The notes: generated by a model not told the origin, from the sequence alone. A stretch of DNA of 64,000 nt from Promethearchaeota archaeon (GCA_019058365.1 JAHPZE010000001.1:320001-384000), one strand, 5' to 3'; shown: positions 1 to 10,837, numbered from the stretch's first letter. Translations and numbers: made by a program.

Positions 1-181
1 AAACCCCGATAATATTGTCCATTGCCATCCACACTCCTACAAGAGCATAAGAACCTAAATATTCAAATAGAGTAATATTAACCTGTGTATTGAACATTGA
101 CCAAGCTATACCAGTTGTAAAAAATGCTAACCCTATAAAAGTGGTTTGCTTTAAATCAAATTTTTGTTTAGTTTCTGACAT
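1..181 (-). CDS. MFS transporter, N-terminal fragment (runs off window)
   Basis: Manual translation from ATG at 181: MSETKQKFDLKQTTFIGLAFFTTGIAWSMFNTQV...VGVWMAMDNIIGV, resembling MFS TM1-TM2. Confidence 0.7.
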   Translation of the reverse strand, partial: MSETKQKFDLKQTTFIGLAFFTTGIAWSMFNTQVNITLFEYLGSYALVGVWMAMDNIIGV

Positions 182-379
182 AATTTTAAACCAATTTTTT
201 GTAAATTTTGTGAATAATTGATTATTTATTAAATCTTTAAGTATTTAAAAGATCTATCTAGCAAATTTTCATTTTATAAAGACTGATTATACAAAAATGT
301 ATATTAGAAGAAGTAAAAACCATTACCAAATTTAAAGTTATAAAAGCTAAATCGCGTTAAAATTACATCAAAAAAGAAT

Positions 380-1264
380 ATGAAACTAGAACCTGAATGT
401 ATTGGATGTCTTTTTAATCAAGTGTTAAAAGCATTTGAATTATTAAATCCTAATATCTCTCGTGAAGTTGTGATTACTGCCCAGAAAAAACTCATGAAAT
501 TTCTTTTAGACTTCAATATAAATGAGGTTGCCGCTCCTATTCTTGGAAAAGTGACTTATAATATCATTGCAGAGCTATTAGATAATAGGGATCCTTATCA
601 TGATCTTAAAATTGAATATAATCGTCTTGTATTAAAGTACTTCGATGATACTTTAAATTTAATTGAAAAAGCAGAAGATCCTTTATTTATAGCTATTTTA
701 GCGTCTGCACTTGGAAATACTATAGATTTTGCAGGTCAACATGATATAGATATTATTTATGACTTAGAAAACTTTAAGATCGAAAATTTAGCTATTAATG
801 ATTATGAAAAATTCCAAAAATCATTAAAAAATTCAAAACAGCTATTAATATTAGGAGATAATGCCGGTGAGATTGTTTTCGATAAAATTCTAATCATTAT
901 TCTTAAAAAATATTATCCAGATTTAGAAATAATCTATTCCGTGAGATCTGCTCCTATAATTAATGATGCTACTATTGAAGATGCGAAATTTATTAATCTA
1001 ACAAAATTAATTCATGTCATTGAGTCAAATGATGCTCCAGGAATAATTTTATCTGATGTATCAGAAGAATTTAAAGAATATTTCTATAACAAGAACACTA
1101 TTTTATTATCTAAGGGGCAAGGTAATTTCGAAAGTCTTTATGGTATGGAACTTCCCCAAAAAGATGTTTACTATTTATTAAAGGCTAAGTGTAATTTAAT
1201 GGAACGAATTTTTGAGGTAAAGATAGGAGATCTAATATTTAAAAAGAAAGAAAAGGGATTTTAA
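380..1264 (+). CDS. DUF89/ARMT1-like damage-control metal-dependent phosphatase
   Basis: N-terminal ECIGC, GNTIDF, DNAGE, INDAT, KGQGNFESL and KAKC motifs. Confidence 0.9.
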   Translation: MKLEPECIGCLFNQVLKAFELLNPNISREVVITAQKKLMKFLLDFNINEVAAPILGKVTYNIIAELLDNRDPYHDLKIEYNRLVLKYFDDTLNLIEKAEDPLFIAILASALGNTIDFAGQHDIDIIYDLENFKIENLAINDYEKFQKSLKNSKQLLILGDNAGEIVFDKILIIILKKYYPDLEIIYSVRSAPIINDATIEDAKFINLTKLIHVIESNDAPGIILSDVSEEFKEYFYNKNTILLSKGQGNFESLYGMELPQKDVYYLLKAKCNLMERIFEVKIGDLIFKKKEKGF

Positions 1265-1749
1265 TTCGTTGAATTAGTTCTTAATTTTTTAATAGCATCA
1301 GTAAAAAAACCAAAGTCTCCAATTTCAGGTTCTTTTTGGTTGTCTTTAATCCTGTTAAAATATTCTTCAATCTGTGTAAATAAAATATTTTTAAAAGAAG
1401 TGAATTGACTAACTTCATTACAATTTTCATCAATTTCAGTACGATATAATGAATAAAACATATCTAATGCTTTTTCTGCCTCTTCTCTTATTCCAAGTCT
1501 TGCAAAACCCTTATCAAGTATTGCAACAAAGATCAAGTTATATTTATATACAATAATCATTTCTACGTCGAGTCCTTTAATGTTGATCTCTTCAATCTGT
1601 CCTAAATTTTCACCAAATAAACCTAAAGCACCTACAAAAGAAGATAATAAAACAGGATTAATCTTCGTATCCAATATAAGATCGAGGAGATACTGGCCAC
1701 TCTCTTCACAAATTACAATTCCTTTAATTCCCTTATGATTTCCAGAAAT
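1261..1749 (-). CDS. Longin/roadblock-like domain protein; extended upstream of the track start, probable ATT/ATA start near 1749-1755
   Basis: Frame stays open upstream of 1674 (ISGNHKGIKGIVICEESGQYLL), followed by NPVLLSSFVGAL and a beta-hairpin pattern typical of longin-like folds. Confidence 0.55.
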   Translation of the reverse strand: MSGNHKGIKGIVICEESGQYLLDLILDTKINPVLLSSFVGALGLFGENLGQIEEINIKGLDVEMIIVYKYNLIFVAILDKGFARLGIREEAEKALDMFYSLYRTEIDENCNEVSQFTSFKNILFTQIEEYFNRIKDNQKEPEIGDFGFFTDAIKKLRTNSTN

Positions 1750-1956
1750 AATTATCCCTGTTATTAATTTAATTAATATTCTAATTAAATAAAAATAATT
1801 TTAGCTAATAAAAGCATCTAATTTATAATTTTAATAATAGGATATATTATCTGGAAAATAGTTTTATATTCAGATTATCACTTTTATATTGTTTCATAGT
1901 TTCGTGATGGTGACACATACAATAAATAATTTTATTATTAAAAGAAAAAAATATTA

Positions 1957-2808
1957 TTATTTTTCTAAAATATCTCTAATTTTTTTAACTGTGTCTTTGA
2001 AAGCTTTAGCTGATTTGCTTTCGGGGTATTTTAAAACAAATGGTAACCCTTGGTCACTTTGTTGACTAACTTCAATTTCAAAAGGAATTTTTCCTAATAA
2101 CGCAACATTGAAATCTATGCTAGCTTTTTCCGCACCACCAGGAGGGTATAAGTCAATATATTCCCCACAATGAGGACAATTAAAACCAGACATATTCTCT
2201 ATTATTCCAAGGATGCTTCTTTCCATTACCATTGCCATTTTAATTGTTTTTCTTGCATCCATTAAAGCAACTTCTTGAGGAGTAGATACAATCACCACAT
2301 TTTCATCTGGAATTAATTGTAAAATATCTAAAGTTTCATCAGATGTTCCAGGAGGTAAATCACATATTAAATAATCAAGTTCACCCCACACAGCATCCCC
2401 TAAAAATTGTCTTACGGCACTCATTTTCATAGGACCTCTCCAAATTACAGGCTCATCAGATGTAAGAGTTAAAAATGCCATACTCATAACTTTAAGTTTT
2501 AATGGTCCATCAATAGGATAAAATATCTTAGCTTCAGCGTCGACTCTTGGTTTCAACTCTGGGTTAATACCCAACATTTTTATGACATTTGGGCCTGTAA
2601 TATCTACATCAAGAATTCCTACCCTCAATCCAACACTAGCTAAACTCATAGCAAGATTAATCGCCACAGTAGTTTTCCCTACACCACCCTTCCCCGAAAT
2701 GATAACAATTTTGTGCTTTATCTTTTCCATATTTTTTTGAATGTTTTTAGTACGCTCATCCAACATCATTTCTTTTAAATTTATATCTGGAACCTGTTCT
2801 TCTGACAT
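1957..2808 (-). CDS. mrp: Mrp/ApbC/Nbp35 Fe-S cluster carrier ATPase
   Basis: SGKGGVGKT, DVDITGP, VIWRGP, DLPPGT and ENMSGFNCPHC motifs. Confidence 0.93.
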   Translation of the reverse strand: MSEEQVPDINLKEMMLDERTKNIQKNMEKIKHKIVIISGKGGVGKTTVAINLAMSLASVGLRVGILDVDITGPNVIKMLGINPELKPRVDAEAKIFYPIDGPLKLKVMSMAFLTLTSDEPVIWRGPMKMSAVRQFLGDAVWGELDYLICDLPPGTSDETLDILQLIPDENVVIVSTPQEVALMDARKTIKMAMVMERSILGIIENMSGFNCPHCGEYIDLYPPGGAEKASIDFNVALLGKIPFEIEVSQQSDQGLPFVLKYPESKSAKAFKDTVKKIRDILEK

Positions 2809-3048
2809 TTATTTAATCACCTTAATTTTCATCTAAAAATATTTATTTTATTATTATTTAATTTGAGAAACAAATGTATTGCTTTAATTCTATCGTTAAT
2901 AAATTATGAAATTTTCTGAGTTTTCAATTATAATTATAATTCCTACTGCGAGAAATTTATAATACATAAACTAAAGAAATTAATAAATCGCAGAATATTA
3001 TTCATAACTGAAAAGAGAAGAATAATTAATTTTTGAAGGTGTTTTTGA

Positions 3049-3534
3049 ATACCAGTAAGTAATTTCATGGAGCTCTATAAATTTTTACCTAAAACCAACT
3101 GCAAAAAGTGTGGGAAACCAACTTGTATGGCTTTTGCATTAGATTTGTTACAAGGAAAGGTAAAAATCGATGATTGTAGTCCACTTTTAGAACCTAAGTA
3201 CAAAAAGAATTATGATGCATTAAAGAATTTAATAGGTTCTGAAGAGGGAAAGGAAAAGGAGCTTAAAATTGATGTAGATACCGAGTTATGTGATGGATGT
3301 GGAATTTGTGTGACTGTATGTCCAGTTAATGCAAGGTATTGCCCTCCGACCTTAAGTGGTAAAGCTCCAGATTATCCCCCCGAAAATCACCAATTGTTTC
3401 AAGTTAAGGATGGAAAATGTGAACTATTAGCTATAAAATATTGTCGAAGAATCGAAGCGGAAGGGCGAGAAAGAGAATGTCGGGTTTGTGAAACCTATTG
3501 TCCACGAGAAGCTATAAAAATTGATTATGTTTAA
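3049..3534 (+). CDS. Fe-S domain (CdhE/AcsC N-terminal type) fused to 2[4Fe-4S] ferredoxin; Fwd-associated electron-transfer subunit
   Basis: LPKTNCKKCGKPTCMAFA, CDGCGICVTVCP and CRVCETYCP; SD AGGTG at 3037-3041 favours ATA at 3049 (ATG at 3067 is the alternative). Confidence 0.75.
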   Translation: MPVSNFMELYKFLPKTNCKKCGKPTCMAFALDLLQGKVKIDDCSPLLEPKYKKNYDALKNLIGSEEGKEKELKIDVDTELCDGCGICVTVCPVNARYCPPTLSGKAPDYPPENHQLFQVKDGKCELLAIKYCRRIEAEGRERECRVCETYCPREAIKIDYV

Positions 3535-3571
3535 TTTTATTCTAAGAATCTTTATAAGAGTGTAATAAATA

Positions 3572-4879
3572 ATGGTTAGTGAACGTATTACATGTTCTGG
3601 ATGTTCGCTTCTATGTGATGATATTATTATTAGAAGTGATGGTTTATATATTGATGAAGTAATTGGAGCTTGTTTGAAAGGTAAAGAGAGATTTGACCAA
3701 ATTACATCAAAGAACAGAATATTATCTCCTCTAATAAAAGAAGATGGAGAATTACAGAAAGCAACATTTGATGAAGCTTTAGGAAAAGTTATTAAAATTA
3801 TAAAGAACTCTTCTAAACCTCTTTTATATGGCTTTTCCACCACAAGTTGCGAAGCTCAATTAAAAGGTATTGATCTCGCAAAAACGATAAACGGCTTTAT
3901 AGATTCTAATTCTACAATCTGTCAAGGAAAAGTACTAAATATTTCAAAAGAAACGGGAATAACGCTAACAACTATCTCAGAAATTATAAATAAAGCAGAC
4001 TTATTGATGTTATGGGGAGCAAATGCAGCTGAATCAATACCACGTTTATTAAATAAGGTACTATTTTCACGGGGTAAGTTTAGAATGACTGGGCGAGAAA
4101 TTAAAACTTTAATAGTTATAGACCCAGTTAAAACAGCCTCTTTTGGAGTAATGGGTGTACGAGATATAGCACTTCAAATTGAACCAGGAAAAGATATTGA
4201 TTTGATTCGTGTTTTAAAAGAAGAATGTTGTGTAGCAGATAGTGTTCCAAACAATGGCGTTGCTGGTATAGATAAAGATGATCTAAAAAGATTATTACTC
4301 CATTTAACTGGTGCTGAAAATGGAGTAATTATAATTGGTCAAGGCATTTTAAGTTCTCAGAATAGTCCTAATGTAATTAAAGAGTTACTTGAATTAGTGC
4401 AATTAATAAATGTTAAGCAAAAAAAGGGACGCATTTCTATCATGATGTTAGGCGGTCATTATAACATGGTAGGTTTTGACCATGTTGCACTTTCAATATG
4501 TGGGAAAAACCATAGCTTACAATTTTTAAATAATCAATTGATTGAATCAAAAGAAACAATCGTCTCAAAAATTGAAAATGAAGATTTTGATTGTTCTATA
4601 ATTGTAGGAACGGATCCAATTTCGCATTTACCTTGGCAATTAAGTAAAAAATTGATGGCAAAACCTTTAATCCTAATCGATAATAAACAATCCGCAACCT
4701 CGTACGTAGCAGACATAATAATACCTTCAGCAATCACTGGAATTGAAAGTGGAGGATTAGCTTATCGTTTGGATCATATTCCAATTGAATTGAAAAAAAT
4801 CATAAAACCACCAAACGACATTCTTTCTGATGAAGAAATATTAACTAAAATTATGTATGGATTTAAGGAGGGTAGATAA
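3572..4879 (+). CDS. fwdB: Formylmethanofuran dehydrogenase subunit B-like (divergent)
   Basis: CSGCSLLCDD..GACLKG Fe-S motif, PLLYG..TSCEA, ADLLMLWGAN, GHYN and GIESGG.AYRLD. Confidence 0.75.
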   Translation: MVSERITCSGCSLLCDDIIIRSDGLYIDEVIGACLKGKERFDQITSKNRILSPLIKEDGELQKATFDEALGKVIKIIKNSSKPLLYGFSTTSCEAQLKGIDLAKTINGFIDSNSTICQGKVLNISKETGITLTTISEIINKADLLMLWGANAAESIPRLLNKVLFSRGKFRMTGREIKTLIVIDPVKTASFGVMGVRDIALQIEPGKDIDLIRVLKEECCVADSVPNNGVAGIDKDDLKRLLLHLTGAENGVIIIGQGILSSQNSPNVIKELLELVQLINVKQKKGRISIMMLGGHYNMVGFDHVALSICGKNHSLQFLNNQLIESKETIVSKIENEDFDCSIIVGTDPISHLPWQLSKKLMAKPLILIDNKQSATSYVADIIIPSAITGIESGGLAYRLDHIPIELKKIIKPPNDILSDEEILTKIMYGFKEGR

Positions 4880-4886
4880 AATAGAA

Positions 4887-5246
4887 ATGATAGTAAATAC
4901 AGTTAGAATAATGGATTACGATCAAGTAAAGGAGTATTCTTTAGGAGATGATACCTCTCTTACAGAAAATTTGGCGATTGGATTATTAAATCCAGAAGAT
5001 TTTAAAAATCTTAATTTAACTGCAAATGCAAATTTAAAAATAAGTAACAAGTATGGTAGTGTTATTATAAAGCCAATTCAAGATAAAAATGTTCCTATAG
5101 GAATTATTAATATGCCAGTCTCCATTTGGGCTAATCAAATTACTGGACTCGAGAAGAGTGAAATAGTATATAAAAATTTAAGCGTAAATGTGGAAGTAAC
5201 TTCAGACTCAGTAAAGAACGTAAAAAGTCTATTAAATATAATTTAA
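4887..5246 (+). CDS. fwdD: Formylmethanofuran dehydrogenase subunit D-like (molybdopterin dinucleotide-binding domain)
   Basis: LNPEDF...ISNKYGSV...VPIGIINMP..IWAN; ATG at 4887 follows GGAGG; lies between fwdB and fwdA. Confidence 0.75.
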   Translation: MIVNTVRIMDYDQVKEYSLGDDTSLTENLAIGLLNPEDFKNLNLTANANLKISNKYGSVIIKPIQDKNVPIGIINMPVSIWANQITGLEKSEIVYKNLSVNVEVTSDSVKNVKSLLNII

Positions 5247-5272
5247 ACAAATAGATAAGGGGATTATTAGAA

Positions 5273-6937
5273 TTGAATAAGCTAATTATCAAAAATGGTT
5301 TAGTGTTTGATCCCATCAACGATATTAATGGAGAAACAAAAGATATTTTAATTGAGTCTGGTAAAATAGTAGAAAAATTTAGCAGTGAAAGTAATGTTAA
5401 AGAAATAAATGCAAAGAATAGGAGTGTTATCCCCGCAGCTCTAGATATCCATACACATATAGCTTCTCAACAAACTAATTGGGCGCGATTATTAGGGTCA
5501 AATAACAAAAAATTCCAAGAGAATTGGGAAGGATTAACACTTAAAAACATTACAAGAAATTATATTTCTAATGGATACACATTTATACTTGAAGCTAATG
5601 TGTTTCCATCTTTAGCGAGAGAAACTATTTTTAATTTTAAACAAATACCTGTACTTGATAAGGCAATGTTATTAAATGTAAGTAATCTATGGCCTTTAGA
5701 ACTAGAATTTCAGAGAAAAAAAATTGATGAGATGGCAGTATTTCTATCTGACCTTCTATCAAAAACATATGGTTTTGGTTTCAAAGTCTATAATCCATTC
5801 GAAAATGAAATATGGAATTTTAAAGAACTAAGAGATGATTTAACACAACAAGGACGATTGTACAATTTTTCAACAATGGATGTGTATGAAAACCTTCTTA
5901 GATGCAATGAAAAACTTGGAATGCCTCATTCTCTTCATGCTCATATTGAAGGTTATGAAAATGCAACTGGCAAGAATAATCTCTTTGTTATTTTGGAAAA
6001 GATTAAATCATTAAATTTAACTCCCAATCAATATATAGGAAGAGATCACATTTTTCATATTGCTCATGCTAATACATATAACTATGATGGGGATAATGAG
6101 AATTTAATTAATTTTTTAAATGAAAATCATGATTTTTATATTGATCTTGCATTTCTAAGCTTCAATCCAATAAATCCATTAATAACTTCAGACAGAAGAC
6201 TTATACATTCGATGTTAACATCTGATATAATCGATAATCCGCATAAATTAATTAGTTCAGCTATAGAATTTGAAGGAGATTATTTTATTTCAATGAGAAA
6301 TTTAAACAAAAATAATTATGTTAATTGTAATTTATGGGCTAATGCTATCGATTTAGCATTAAATATTAAAAATAAATTTCAAGTTAGTTTTTCTTTAAAT
6401 TTTCCTAATTATGCTAATATTTCTGATATTCCTGAAATTGCGACATGGTTAACAAGTAAGGAAGCTCGCGATAATTTCATGAAAGATATGAATACTGATT
6501 TCCTTAATAACCATCCTTTAGCTAATGACGATAAAGAACTAAAATTTCCAGAATTAATATGGTTAACAAGAATAAGTCCAGCAAAATCCTTAGGTTTATC
6601 AAGGATCAAAGGAAATCTTGGTTTAGATGCAGATGGCGATCTAAATATCTTAGATACGAATATTAATGAAATAGATCTCTCTAAAGACCATAGAAAATTA
6701 AGGAATGCATTACAAAATATTGAATATGTTATAAAATCAGGAGTAATTGTTAAAAAACAAAATGAATTCAATTTCAGTCATAATGGCTCAATTTTCTGGT
6801 CTAACGGAAAAGTTAACGTAAAAGAAAAAGATTTTATTATGTCTAAAAAAAAGGAATTTTACCAAAAGTATTCCTCTCTTTTTTATGATTCTTACAAAGT
6901 TTCGGTTGATAAGAATCTATTAAGAAGAGTTGATTAA
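5273..6937 (+). CDS. fwdA: Formylmethanofuran dehydrogenase subunit A-like amidohydrolase (divergent)
   Basis: IIKNGLVFDP, DIHTH, GFKVYNP, HSLHAH and PAKSLGL..KGNLG..ADGD. Confidence 0.75.
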   Translation: MNKLIIKNGLVFDPINDINGETKDILIESGKIVEKFSSESNVKEINAKNRSVIPAALDIHTHIASQQTNWARLLGSNNKKFQENWEGLTLKNITRNYISNGYTFILEANVFPSLARETIFNFKQIPVLDKAMLLNVSNLWPLELEFQRKKIDEMAVFLSDLLSKTYGFGFKVYNPFENEIWNFKELRDDLTQQGRLYNFSTMDVYENLLRCNEKLGMPHSLHAHIEGYENATGKNNLFVILEKIKSLNLTPNQYIGRDHIFHIAHANTYNYDGDNENLINFLNENHDFYIDLAFLSFNPINPLITSDRRLIHSMLTSDIIDNPHKLISSAIEFEGDYFISMRNLNKNNYVNCNLWANAIDLALNIKNKFQVSFSLNFPNYANISDIPEIATWLTSKEARDNFMKDMNTDFLNNHPLANDDKELKFPELIWLTRISPAKSLGLSRIKGNLGLDADGDLNILDTNINEIDLSKDHRKLRNALQNIEYVIKSGVIVKKQNEFNFSHNGSIFWSNGKVNVKEKDFIMSKKKEFYQKYSSLFYDSYKVSVDKNLLRRVD

Positions 6938-7015
6938 ATTTAATTTTTCCTTTCTATTTAAGAATAATTATTTAAGTGAACTCGATTAATTTTATACAAT
7001 ATAAAAGTAATTAAT

Positions 7016-8128
7016 TTATTTCACAGCTTCAGGGAGTAGTACGATAAAGTTACTTCCTTTTGAGTAATTTCCTTTAACTTTATCTTCAACCCAGATTTTT
7101 CCTTTATAACTTTCTATAATTTTTTTCACGAGGGTTAATCCAAACCCCATTCCCCTTGAACCTTTTTCTTTGTTGAATCTTTTTATAAAAATTCTTTGTT
7201 TTATTTCATCAGAAATCCCAATACCATTATCCCTGAATTCAAATTTAATGAATTTTACGTTTTTCTGTATTTCTTTGGAAATTTTTATGAGAATCTCAAC
7301 TTTGGGTTCATTATTATAAGTTAATGCATTGATTAACAAATTTTCAAAAACATCAATTAACAAATCATTAACTTGAACGAAAATGTCATCTTGAAATGAA
7401 TCTATAGCAATATCAATATCTTTTACTTTCTTATTGACTAAGACAAAATTTATCGCATCTTTAAGAACATCTATTGCATTAATAACTTTAATGGATCTTT
7501 CTTCATTGTCTAAAGAAGACAATTTTTGGACATTACTAACCATTTTTGCCCCTCTTGTGAGTTGATTTTTAATTATTTCATAATACTCTTTAATCTCACC
7601 CTCTCTTTCTTGTTCATTTAAGTATTTTTCACTAAGTTCTATTGCGATACTTATATTAGTAAGTATGTTATTGATATCATGATAGAATAAATCTTTATAA
7701 AGTTCAGCTCGATCGTATGCTTCACGAAACTGCTTCTCTGATTGTTTTAATTTCTTTTCTGCTTCTTTTTTCTCAGTAATATCTCGAGTAAATCCATAAA
7801 AACCAACTTTACTTCCACTAGAGTTATATCTTAAGTAAAAAGATCCTTCAAAAGTACGTATCTCCCCATCACTTCTTATAACTTGACTTTCAAAAATCCC
7901 TTTTGGAAGATTAGTTTTGTATAAATTATTAAAGATTTCAAATACTTCTTTTGTCGTATCTTTATCTAAAAAAGTGGTATAACTCTTTCCTAATAGTTTT
8001 TCTCTAGGAATCCCTAAGTATCTACAAATATAATCGTTGACATAAGTATAATTTCCTTGTAGATCTACTTCAAAATATCCGTCCTCAAGATTCTCAATAA
8101 TTTCTCTGTACCTTTCATCAGATTCCAT
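7016..8128 (-). CDS. PAS-domain sensor histidine kinase
   Basis: PAS/PAC (YVND..C..LG...RDITE), H-box HDINN, N-box ENLLINA, DNGIGI and GMGFGL. Confidence 0.9.
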   Translation of the reverse strand: MESDERYREIIENLEDGYFEVDLQGNYTYVNDYICRYLGIPREKLLGKSYTTFLDKDTTKEVFEIFNNLYKTNLPKGIFESQVIRSDGEIRTFEGSFYLRYNSSGSKVGFYGFTRDITEKKEAEKKLKQSEKQFREAYDRAELYKDLFYHDINNILTNISIAIELSEKYLNEQEREGEIKEYYEIIKNQLTRGAKMVSNVQKLSSLDNEERSIKVINAIDVLKDAINFVLVNKKVKDIDIAIDSFQDDIFVQVNDLLIDVFENLLINALTYNNEPKVEILIKISKEIQKNVKFIKFEFRDNGIGISDEIKQRIFIKRFNKEKGSRGMGFGLTLVKKIIESYKGKIWVEDKVKGNYSKGSNFIVLLPEAVK

Positions 8129-8476
8129 AAAGTTTCGTTAAGCCTCTTTCATTTGAGTTATGTATCTAAACAATAACGCTAGTATAGTTTGAACTGTATC
8201 GGATTTATAAATATGTATTTTTAATTATAAGATAATTCAATAGCTAATACAAAGAAGATAATTAAGAAATTTAATCTTATGTTGATAATTTTATTTATGT
8301 TTTAATTCGTAACACAAAAAGAGAAATTAATATTTTAAAACATCAATTGTTTTCTTTAATTGCTAATTTTTTAAAGTTAACAGATTCAGTAATATAAAAT
8401 CTTTATTTACACACTTCCATCATATCAATAGGTTAAATTTCTCTAGTTTATTAAGATACTTTTTACAGCCTTTCTA

Positions 8477-9901
8477 CTAATAATTTAATCCTTTTAATAA
8501 TTGAACTGTTGTAAACATATTTTTTCCACCTTTTCGCAGATAATCCATTGCTTTTTCAATTCCCTCAACAGTTAAATCGAACATTGGGATTATACTAGAT
8601 ATAATCTTCCGTGTCCAAGGTGCCCATTCAGGTCTAATGAGTTCTGGATTTAACCAGACTACGTTATTTTTAAAATGATTCGCAAGCTCTTTAATATAGT
8701 AAATTCCGGGTAATTCATTTCGATGATAATAATAAATAGAGCCATATTTTTCCGTAAGTTCCCAACTTGCCATTGCAGCATCACCAACAACTACAATTTT
8801 ATATTTATTATCATATTTTTTTAAAAATTCATTGAATTCAATTGCTTCTTCTGGATTTCTTCTTGCATTGAGATAAAGGCTCTCATAAAGACAATTATGG
8901 AAGTAAAAATATTTAAACGTACGCCAGTGTGACATATTATTTGCGGCAGAAAATAGCAGATTGACAAGGTGCGCATATGGTGTCATACTTCCACCAACGT
9001 CCATTAATAATATTAATCTCACATTGTTTTTCCTTTTTTTATCGAACACGAGTTCTATGTCTCCATAGTTTTTAGCCGTTTTGTCTATAGTCTTATCTAA
9101 ATCGAGTTCATCTCTTTTTCCAATTTCTTCGAGTTTTTTTAAACGCTTTAGAGCAACTTTTATCTGTCTTGTATCGAGTACGATATCTTTCCGATAATCT
9201 TTAAAAATTCTTTTCTGAGCAATCTGCATTGCCATACGCATTCCTGATGAGCCACCAATTCTCATACCCATTGGATTCTGACCCCCATGACCAAAGGGAG
9301 ATGCTCCCTGAGTACCAATCCAGCGATTCCCTCCATGATGTTCTTCATCTTGTTTTTGCATTAATTCTTCGAAACGCTTTTGCATTTCTTCGAGATCAAA
9401 AAATTGGCTAATCATTTCTTGAAAATTGCCCTTGATTTCAGACAAATCAAAATTTTTTTCTAACCACTTCCAAATTTCATCTTTTATTTCATTTGGCGCA
9501 TTAATTAAAAGTTTATCTCCAAATTCAGAACTATATTTTTTCAATAGTTCTTCTAAGAATTCTTCAAGATTATCTATATTGATATATTCTTGGTATTCTC
9601 TTAGTAGGAGTTGCAGCCCTTCTATAAGTTCAGGGAGAGTAATATCTTTATTGAGCCAATCCCAAATTTCTTGTTTAATATCTTCAGGGAATTGCACCAT
9701 AGCTTCTTTGAAAAAGTTCGCAAAAGCAATGTCATATATATCAAAGTGGTGTTCACTCTTGCACAATATTGAACGGGATGTATAGTAAAACTCAAGCATA
9801 TTATGGATAAGCCCTTTATTGAGTGCTTCCATTAGCGTCATGTATTCAGTAATACTAACAGGTAACCTTTCTTTCAAATAATAAAAATATTCCACAAACA
9901 T
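8477..9901 (-). CDS. VWA-domain CoxE-like protein (MoxR partner)
   Basis: HHGGNRWIGT.G.SPFGHGG, MIDAS motif DVGGSM, YFHNC.Y, VGDAAM and WLNP. Confidence 0.85.
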   Translation of the reverse strand: MFVEYFYYLKERLPVSITEYMTLMEALNKGLIHNMLEFYYTSRSILCKSEHHFDIYDIAFANFFKEAMVQFPEDIKQEIWDWLNKDITLPELIEGLQLLLREYQEYINIDNLEEFLEELLKKYSSEFGDKLLINAPNEIKDEIWKWLEKNFDLSEIKGNFQEMISQFFDLEEMQKRFEELMQKQDEEHHGGNRWIGTQGASPFGHGGQNPMGMRIGGSSGMRMAMQIAQKRIFKDYRKDIVLDTRQIKVALKRLKKLEEIGKRDELDLDKTIDKTAKNYGDIELVFDKKRKNNVRLILLMDVGGSMTPYAHLVNLLFSAANNMSHWRTFKYFYFHNCLYESLYLNARRNPEEAIEFNEFLKKYDNKYKIVVVGDAAMASWELTEKYGSIYYYHRNELPGIYYIKELANHFKNNVVWLNPELIRPEWAPWTRKIISSIIPMFDLTVEGIEKAMDYLRKGGKNMFTTVQLLKGLNY

Positions 9902-10053
9902 TTAAAGAAATCTTAAAGTTTAGAATTACTTAATTATATAGAATTAATTACTTAATTTAGGTTTATGTATAATAAAGCGATATTTTTATATATAAAATCC
10001 TAATAAGATCATGTGTTCTAATAAATCTTGGATACCAGAAGGAATGTATTAAT

Positions 10054-10671
10054 TTAAATATTGTTTGTTTGATTTTTCTTTCTCATCAACCTTGAATAAA
10101 TGCTAATTTGTAATCCATTTATTATTAAAACAGAGAATCCAATAGTATATAAGAAAAAACCCGTAGTATAACCAGAATATCGATAAATCAAAATTGCTAA
10201 ATATCCAGTTAGTTTAAATTTAGGATAAAATAAAAGTATAATACCGGGGATTATAAATATTACCTCTAGTAATTCTAAAAATACAGGAATGTGAATTTTC
10301 TTTTTTATAGAAATTTTAACAAATATAAGAATTAATCCAAGTAAGTAAGCATAATAAATGAATACAAAGAATATGGCTTTAAAGTTAGATGCGTCAATAA
10401 AATAAAGAAATTGAATTTGAAAACCTCCCCCAATAATTCCAAATAAGTGGTAATACCAAGGAATATAAAAAGAGATTATTAAGAGAATAAACCCAATTAC
10501 CTCTGTAATAATAGAAATTAAAGAATGTTTTCCTGTGAGGAATGATTTTAACTTAATTGTAAATTTTATATCTTTTAGGTTGCTTACTGGTTTGATTAAT
10601 GTAACTAAGCCAATAATGTCCAATAGCATCCAAGCTATGAAAAGAAATATTAGATTGAATGTATCATTCAT
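10054..10671 (-). CDS. Hypothetical multi-pass membrane protein
   Basis: 205-aa ORF with about 5 hydrophobic segments. Confidence 0.6.
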   Translation of the reverse strand: MNDTFNLIFLFIAWMLLDIIGLVTLIKPVSNLKDIKFTIKLKSFLTGKHSLISIITEVIGFILLIISFYIPWYYHLFGIIGGGFQIQFLYFIDASNFKAIFFVFIYYAYLLGLILIFVKISIKKKIHIPVFLELLEVIFIIPGIILLFYPKFKLTGYLAILIYRYSGYTTGFFLYTIGFSVLIINGLQISIYSRLMRKKNQTNNI

Positions 10672-10837
10672 AAAAAAGAAATTGTTTAATTAATATTAAA
10701 AAATCCATATTAAAATTAATCAAATCTAGCTTTTAATAATTTTATAGAATAGTAATGAAATTATTCATTAATCTGTTGTAATATTTAATATATTTTAATA
10801 TAAATGTTTAATGTTAAATGTTGATTATTTAATATAG

